The notes beneath the pieces were generated by a model. It was not told the DNA's origin. It saw only the letters and a list, made by a program, of their open reading frames with translations, and made no database searches. DNA of 64,000 nt, taken from contig JAMPXW010000003.1 in NCBI GenBank assembly GCA_023701005.1, forward strand, positions 9,148 through 73,147. Reading direction: 5' to 3'. The translations under genes were made by a program, and so were the position numbers. The stretch is from Burkholderiales bacterium. GTDB lineage: Bacteria; Patescibacteriota; Minisyncoccia; Phycocordibacterales; UBA9973. This document shows positions 57,866 to 64,000 of the stretch, piece after piece. Every line of letters starts with the position of its first letter. Within the stretch, counting starts at the first letter, position 1.

Positions 57866-59611
57866 CTAATTCTTACGACCATTTTTAATTTCTTGTATTT
57901 TTTTATTTATATCATTTATATCTTTTAAAACTTTATTTGATGCAACTGAATCTTTTTTCATTTCTGAAATTTGTAATTCTTTCATTTTTTTGAAAAGTTC
58001 TTCTTTCAAAGATTCTTCTTTGAAATTAATTAACAATTCTTTTGCATCTTTTTCTAAGGTAAGCCCATCTCCATAAAAAACTTCTGCTTCAAAAATCAAA
58101 TCTTCTTTATTATCATTCATTTTCTGTATAAATTCTTCTTTTTTTGTATCTAAAATAGATAATAATTCCTTTTCAATATCGTCCACATCAATTATTTTTT
58201 CCGAGAGACTCTTCTGCCAAAGAATTATACCCATCAGCCTTCTTTCTATGTAATCTTTTCTAAAAACTTTATTTTCTTCATTTTTTGCTTTCTCAATTTC
58301 TTGTTTTTCTATTTTGGAATCTTTTTCTATTTTTAATAAATCTTCTTTCAAGGCACTTTCTTCTATTCCCGTCTTTGAATTAATAAGTTTTATAAAATTA
58401 GCTTTCTCAATAGCACTTTCTATAACATCAACATAAGGAAGAACTTTCTCTTTTATTTCTCTTCCTGCTTTTCTAGAGTCCTCTTTATAATTAAACAAAA
58501 CTCTATTTAAGAGAAATTCTATTACATGCTTTGATTCACGTATAGCTGTACGCCAAGCATCTATGCCATTCTTTGATATCAAATCTGCCGGGTCTACACC
58601 TAAAGGCATAGAAACGACTTTCACGTCCATATCAAAAGATAAAGCTATCTTGGCTGCTCTAGATGATGCATTAAAACCAGCCTTGTCTGCGTCAAAAGCC
58701 AAAACTATGTTTGAAGACAATCTACGCAACAAACCTAAATTTGAAACAACATTCTCTTTTGAAATAGTAGAATCAGACAACGCCGTTCCTGAAGTAGCTA
58801 CTGTATTTCTAAAACCTGCCTGATGAGATAAAACTAAATCCATCTGGCCTTCTACTAAAATAGAAAAATTATTCTTTCGAATTGATTCCTTTGCTTTATC
58901 TAAACCATACAAAACTGCTGATTTATTAAAGATAGGTGTGTCTGGACTATTTAAATACTTAGCTGATTTTCCATCGTCTTCAAAAATTCTACCTGAAAAA
59001 GCTATAATACGCCCACTCGAATCGGAAATCGGAAACATTATTCTGCCTCTGAATCTATCATAAAATCCCTTCTCAGTCTTTTTTGCTAATCCAGCTTTTT
59101 CTATTTCTAAATCCGTAAAACCTTTACTCTGAAGAAATGTCAAAAGCAATCTCCAATCATTTTTAACAAACCCAATTCTAAAATCTTTTATAGATTTATC
59201 ATTTAAACCACGTGATTTTAAATATGCTAAAGCTTTTTCTTCTTTTTCTAAATTCTTTTCATAAAATTTAGTTGCCTCCTCCATTGCTCTATACAATCTT
59301 TCTTTCTCTCCTTCTTTTTCTTTATTGAAATGAGCTAAAGAAACTCCTGCTTTTTCTGCCAAAACTTTCAACGCACCTTTAAAATCTAATCCCTCAAATT
59401 CTTCAATAAACGTAAAAATATCTCCTTTTGCTCCACAGCCGAAACAGTAATAACTGTTTCGATCTGGGGATACAAAAAAGGATGGTGTTTTTTCATTATG
59501 AAAAGGACACCTAGCTCTAAAGTTAGTACCTGCTCGATCTAGCTTTATATAAGAAGAGACTATTTCTTCAATTGAAAGCCTCTCCTTAATCTGTTCTACG
59601 GGAGAGTTCAT
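57866..59611 (-). CDS. dnaG: DNA primase
   Basis: CPFH.EKTPSF, CFGC, KYLNSP, VEG..D, FDAD.AG. Confidence 0.96.
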   Translation of the reverse strand: MNSPVEQIKERLSIEEIVSSYIKLDRAGTNFRARCPFHNEKTPSFFVSPDRNSYYCFGCGAKGDIFTFIEEFEGLDFKGALKVLAEKAGVSLAHFNKEKEGEKERLYRAMEEATKFYEKNLEKEEKALAYLKSRGLNDKSIKDFRIGFVKNDWRLLLTFLQSKGFTDLEIEKAGLAKKTEKGFYDRFRGRIMFPISDSSGRIIAFSGRIFEDDGKSAKYLNSPDTPIFNKSAVLYGLDKAKESIRKNNFSILVEGQMDLVLSHQAGFRNTVATSGTALSDSTISKENVVSNLGLLRRLSSNIVLAFDADKAGFNASSRAAKIALSFDMDVKVVSMPLGVDPADLISKNGIDAWRTAIRESKHVIEFLLNRVLFNYKEDSRKAGREIKEKVLPYVDVIESAIEKANFIKLINSKTGIEESALKEDLLKIEKDSKIEKQEIEKAKNEENKVFRKDYIERRLMGIILWQKSLSEKIIDVDDIEKELLSILDTKKEEFIQKMNDNKEDLIFEAEVFYGDGLTLEKDAKELLINFKEESLKEELFKKMKELQISEMKKDSVASNKVLKDINDINKKIQEIKNGRKN

Positions 59612-59616
59612 ATCTT

Positions 59617-62600
59617 TTATTCTTCTTCTGGTACAGAAACGTTATTTTTAAATCCAGTTCCTGCTGGAATCAAACGTCCTATAATAACATTTTCCTTCAA
59701 TCCTCTTAGAGAGTCAACTCCTCCTTTGACTGCATTTTCTATCAAAACACGATTTGTATTTTGGAATGATGCAGCAGAAAGCCAACTCTTTGTACGTAGA
59801 GAAACTTCTGTAATACCTAGAACAATTGTTTCTGCTTTTGCTTCAGTTTGATTTATCTTAGCTACTCTGTTATTTTCTTCGATGAATGCTGTATTTTCTA
59901 CTATATCTCCTACTGAGAAATTAGTCTCACCAGCATCTTTAATCTTTCTTCGTGAGAACATTTGTCTGATAATTATTTCAGTATGTTTTCTAGAAATAGA
60001 AGCACTCTGAAGTTCATAAACTTTATTTATTTCTCGAATGATATATTCTTCGACAGATTCTTTCGTGCCATATTTGTAGATCTCAGCAATATCAGCGGAA
60101 CCGTCTGTTAGAAGCTCCCCTTTCTTAACTTTCTGACCAACTTTTACTATTGGAGTTCTGCGGAATGGTACTAAATATTCCATCTCATTTGCTTTGCCGT
60201 CTGCCTTGCTGTCGGAAAGTACTTTAATTATCTTTTCTTTTCCATCTTTATCTTTTATCTCAAAGACTTCCCCATCTGTGTGAGAAATGATTGCAGGATT
60301 CTTAGGAATTCTTTTTTCAAAAATTTCTTCAATACGAGGCAAACCTGTAGTGATGTCTGTACCTGCGACACCTCCAGCATGGAATGTACGAAGTGTAAGC
60401 TGAGTACCAGGCTCACCGATAGCTTGAGCTGCGATGATACCTACTGCTTCACCAAGATCCACAAGATGATTTCTTCCAAGGTCTAATCCGTAACACATTT
60501 GACAAATACCATGAGCTGTGCGACATGTGAGCGGGGAACGTACATAAACTTCTTCAAAACCCATGCCTTCTATATTGTAAGCTTCTTCTTTTGTGACCAA
60601 GAAACCTTTTTTGTATACAACTTTTCCATCTTTATCTTTCAAATCAGCTGCCAAAACTCTTCCACGAATATTTTTAGAAAGAGGAATTTCTATTCCAGAA
60701 ATATTTTCTCTTGTCACAATCTTTCCATCTTTTGTTCCACAATCTTCTTCGGTAATAACGACATCTTGTGCAACATCTACCAATCTACGAGTCAAATACC
60801 CTGCCTTAGCTGTGTTTAAAGCCGTATCTGAGGCTCCTTTACGAGCACCGTGAGTAATGACGAAATATTCGATTGGAGACAAACCTTCTTGGTAAGAAGG
60901 TATAATTGGAAATTCCAATGTTTTACCTTGGTTGTTTTGAATAAGACCTTTCATACCAGTCATCTGAATAAGTGATGTCATAGTACCTCTAGCACCAGAC
61001 ATGAAAAGATCATAAGTAGATCCATTCTTATCAAGAGTCTTAGGAAGAACTTTTTCTAATTCTTTCTTTGCGTAAGTCCATATCTCAATAATCTTTTGGT
61101 ATCTTTCTTCTTCTGAAAGTAAACCTTCATTCCATTCTGCAATAATTTTTGATTCCTGTTTTCTTCCTTCTTCAATTATTTTAGCTTTTTCTGGAGGAAC
61201 TTTGACGTTGTCAAAACCCCATGTCGTACCAGAAAATGTAGAATATTTGAAACCAAAACTTTTTATCTTGTCCAAAATAGGAGGAGTGTTGTCTACTCCG
61301 TAATGCATGATGAGCTCGTCTACTAGAGATGATAATCTCTTTTGATTCATTTCATCGCTCACATAAGAAAAATCATTTGGCAAAATACTATTGAATAATA
61401 ATTTACCAACAGAAGTTTCAAAAATTCCACCATCAAATTTTCTGTATTTATGTGTATCTGTAGCTAAAACTTTTATTTTTGCTCGGAGAGATACTACTCC
61501 ATATTCATACGCAGTGATAGCTGTATTTGGGCTTGAGAAGTATTTACCTTCTCCTATTTCTCCATCGACAGACTTTGTCATCCAATATGAACCAAGAACA
61601 ATATCTTTACTTGGATGCACGATAGGGTCACCATTTTGAGGTTTAAGCAAGTTTTTATTTGCAGCCATTAATTCTCTAGCTTCGTACTGAGCTTCTTCAA
61701 GCAATGGTACATAGACAGCCATCTGGTCTCCGTCGAAGTCTGCGTTGAAAGCCTGACATACGAGTGGGTGCACTTGAATAGCATTACCTTCTATAAGAAT
61801 AGGATTGAAAGCTTGAATACCTAGACGGTGAAGTGTAGGCGCACGGTTCAATAATACATATTTACCTTGAATAACTTCTTCGAGCATAGCCCAAACTTCT
61901 GGAGTACGCTCTTCTATCAATTTATTCGCACCACGGATATTGAATGCCAATTCTGCTTGTAATATTTTAGAAATAACAAATGGTCTGAAAAGTTCCAAAG
62001 CCATATGTTTTGGCAAACCACATTGATTGAGTTTCAATTCTGGCCCGACAACGATAACAGAACGTCCAGAATAATCTACACGTTTACCCAAAAGATTTTG
62101 TCTGAACAAACCTTGCTTAGATTTCAAATTATCAGACAAAGATTTAAGTGGACGCTTTTGAGATTGACTCATAGCCGCACTATCATTTTGTTTTGCTATT
62201 GAGTTATCTATAAGAGCATCTACAGCTTCTTGAATAATTCTTTTTTCATTTCTTAAAATTACATCCGGAGCATTTATCTCTTTTAATTTCTTTAAGCGAT
62301 TATTTCTATTTATTACACGACGATACAAATCGTTTAGGTCTGAAGTAGCATGTCTGCCTCCATCGAGAGCAACCATGGGACGCAAAACTGGAGGGATGAC
62401 GGGGATAACAGTCAAAAACATCCATTCAGGCCTGATGTTTGCATACATCATAGCTCTTATCAAAGAAAGTCTCTTTTGTAATTTTTCTTTTTCTATGACA
62501 CTTGCCTTTTCAAGCATCTTTTCAGTGTGAGCTTTTAATTTGTTCAAATCCAAATTTTTGAATATAGAATAAATAGCTTCAGCACCTATGTTGGCTTCAA

Positions 62601-63225
62601 AACAAGTACCATATTTTAGAGAATAATGATGGAATGAAATCTCATTCAAAACTTTACCTTCATATATTTCTAAAATTTCCTTTTTTGTACTAGAAAATAG
62701 ATTCTTTAATTTCTCTCTAGTTTCATCATCAGCTGAATTTTTTAATTTAGCTTTATATTCTTTTTCTAGACCTTGAACAATATTTTCTTTTTCTTCTTCA
62801 TGAACTTTAGTGATTATATAACCAGCAAAATAAATTACCTTTTCAAGATCTGAAACAGAAATATTCAAAAGTATACTCATTCTTGATGGTACTCCTCTCA
62901 AAAACCAAATATGTGCTACTGGTGTAGAGAGTTCTATGTGGCCCATTCTTTCTCGTCTCACGATAGAACGAGTGACTTCCACTCCACATTTTTCACAGAT
63001 AATATCTTTGTAACGAATACGGCGGTATTTCCCACAATAACATTCATAGTCCTTTTCTGGACCGAAAATTTTCTCATCAAAAAGACCTCCACGTTCAGAT
63101 CTACCTGTTCGGTAATTTATCGTCTCTGGTTTTGTGACTTCTCCATAAGACCATTCTTTTATTTGCTCAGGTGATGCGAGCTTGAGCGAAATGTGATCAA
63201 AATCTGTTTTATTTAATGTTTTCAT
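59617..63225 (-). CDS. rpoC: RNA polymerase beta' subunit
   Basis: [32 protein letters not shown]. Confidence 0.98.
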   Translation of the reverse strand: MKTLNKTDFDHISLKLASPEQIKEWSYGEVTKPETINYRTGRSERGGLFDEKIFGPEKDYECYCGKYRRIRYKDIICEKCGVEVTRSIVRRERMGHIELSTPVAHIWFLRGVPSRMSILLNISVSDLEKVIYFAGYIITKVHEEEKENIVQGLEKEYKAKLKNSADDETREKLKNLFSSTKKEILEIYEGKVLNEISFHHYSLKYGTCFEANIGAEAIYSIFKNLDLNKLKAHTEKMLEKASVIEKEKLQKRLSLIRAMMYANIRPEWMFLTVIPVIPPVLRPMVALDGGRHATSDLNDLYRRVINRNNRLKKLKEINAPDVILRNEKRIIQEAVDALIDNSIAKQNDSAAMSQSQKRPLKSLSDNLKSKQGLFRQNLLGKRVDYSGRSVIVVGPELKLNQCGLPKHMALELFRPFVISKILQAELAFNIRGANKLIEERTPEVWAMLEEVIQGKYVLLNRAPTLHRLGIQAFNPILIEGNAIQVHPLVCQAFNADFDGDQMAVYVPLLEEAQYEARELMAANKNLLKPQNGDPIVHPSKDIVLGSYWMTKSVDGEIGEGKYFSSPNTAITAYEYGVVSLRAKIKVLATDTHKYRKFDGGIFETSVGKLLFNSILPNDFSYVSDEMNQKRLSSLVDELIMHYGVDNTPPILDKIKSFGFKYSTFSGTTWGFDNVKVPPEKAKIIEEGRKQESKIIAEWNEGLLSEEERYQKIIEIWTYAKKELEKVLPKTLDKNGSTYDLFMSGARGTMTSLIQMTGMKGLIQNNQGKTLEFPIIPSYQEGLSPIEYFVITHGARKGASDTALNTAKAGYLTRRLVDVAQDVVITEEDCGTKDGKIVTRENISGIEIPLSKNIRGRVLAADLKDKDGKVVYKKGFLVTKEEAYNIEGMGFEEVYVRSPLTCRTAHGICQMCYGLDLGRNHLVDLGEAVGIIAAQAIGEPGTQLTLRTFHAGGVAGTDITTGLPRIEEIFEKRIPKNPAIISHTDGEVFEIKDKDGKEKIIKVLSDSKADGKANEMEYLVPFRRTPIVKVGQKVKKGELLTDGSADIAEIYKYGTKESVEEYIIREINKVYELQSASISRKHTEIIIRQMFSRRKIKDAGETNFSVGDIVENTAFIEENNRVAKINQTEAKAETIVLGITEVSLRTKSWLSAASFQNTNRVLIENAVKGGVDSLRGLKENVIIGRLIPAGTGFKNNVSVPEEE

Positions 63226-64000
63226 TGTATTTTTTTAGGTTAACATCTAACGCAAGTCCTCGTAAATAATTGAGCAAAACATTGAATGATGCTGGAGAAT
63301 TTGGCGGTTTAATGGTTTCGTTTTTGATAATAGAATCGAATGTCTGTGAACGACCCAAGATATCATCAGACTTAATTGTAAGCATTTCTCTTAATGTATA
63401 AGCTGCTCCATAACCTTCCAAAGCCCAGACTTCCATTTCTCCAAATCTTTGTCCTCCGCCTTGAGCTTTACCTCCCAAAGGTTGCTGGGTGATGAGTGAG
63501 TAAGGCCCAATAGAACGCATATGTATCTTGTCTTCTACCATATGGTGGAGTTTCAACATATACATATAACCTACTGCCACGTCTTGATCAAAAGCTTCAC
63601 CTGTACGTCCATCAAAAAGTTTTAATTTACCATTTTCTGGCAAACCAGCTTTCTTTAATTCTTCTTTAACTTCATCATGAGTGACTCCCAAAAATGGAGG
63701 AACTATCGCTTGATAACCTAAAGTATTTGCTGCCATACCAAGATGTATTTCTAAGATCTGTCCCAAGTTCATACGTGAAGGAACACCGAGTGGTGAAAGT
63801 ATTATATCTATTGGTGTGCCATCTGCTGTATAAGGCATATCTTCTTCTGGAAGAATTCTTGATATAACACCCTTGTTTCCATGACGTCCTGAGAGTTTAT
63901 CTCCAACAGAAATATTTCTAACTTGAGCAACTTCAATAACAATTTTCTTTATTATTCCAGCTTCCAAAGTATGTCCTAAATCTCTAGAGAATATTTTGAC
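63209..64000 (-). CDS. rpoB: RNA polymerase beta subunit, C-terminal part (runs off the window)
   Basis: [21 protein letters not shown]. Confidence 0.97.
   Translation of the reverse strand, partial: VKIFSRDLGHTLEAGIIKKIVIEVAQVRNISVGDKLSGRHGNKGVISRILPEEDMPYTADGTPIDIILSPLGVPSRMNLGQILEIHLGMAANTLGYQAIVPPFLGVTHDEVKEELKKAGLPENGKLKLFDGRTGEAFDQDVAVGYMYMLKLHHMVEDKIHMRSIGPYSLITQQPLGGKAQGGGQRFGEMEVWALEGYGAAYTLREMLTIKSDDILGRSQTFDSIIKNETIKPPNSPASFNVLLNYLRGLALDVNLKKYNENIK

Noticed and set aside
726-63174. Many short antisense or nested ORFs in the six-frame track
   Set aside because: Shadows of well-supported genes with no motifs of their own.

Overview
AT-rich, gene-dense chromosome segment. Gene content and style point to a Patescibacteria/CPR genome, probably Parcubacteria (inference). 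The core backbone carries dapF, gap, dnaE, pth, lepB, hisS, def, fmt, raiA/hpf, GH130 pair, class II RNR, tgt, mreBC, proS, rpsB, tsf, rpoD, dnaG, rpoC and rpoB, plus rnpB, tRNA-Ala(TGC), tRNA-Thr(TGT) and a tRNA-Asn(GTT) split by a group I intron that carries an HNH ORF. Main result: the 3' end of tRNA-Asn anchors what looks like an integron-like array of tandemly accreted cassettes served by a large serine recombinase (LSR). Four related junctions (about 20190, 20902, 21875, 34954) share the layout GGTTCGAAC, terminator hairpin, GCTC(C/G)G core, GTTCGAAC-like motif. That last motif lies 19 nt from the core in the three internal junctions and 14 nt from it in the tRNA junction, the 5-bp shift known for LSR attP vs attB half-sites. 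The junctions delimit 723-bp and 961-bp recombinase-less cassettes and a 13.1-kb defence island (AIPR, type I R-M, AlbA_2/Schlafen protein, LSR) with four unexplained structured non-coding segments. Second theme: several families of short palindromic elements inserted in frame into housekeeping genes (gap twice, dapF, fmt, GH130, mreC) and between genes. All calls come from reading the sequence; no database searches were run.
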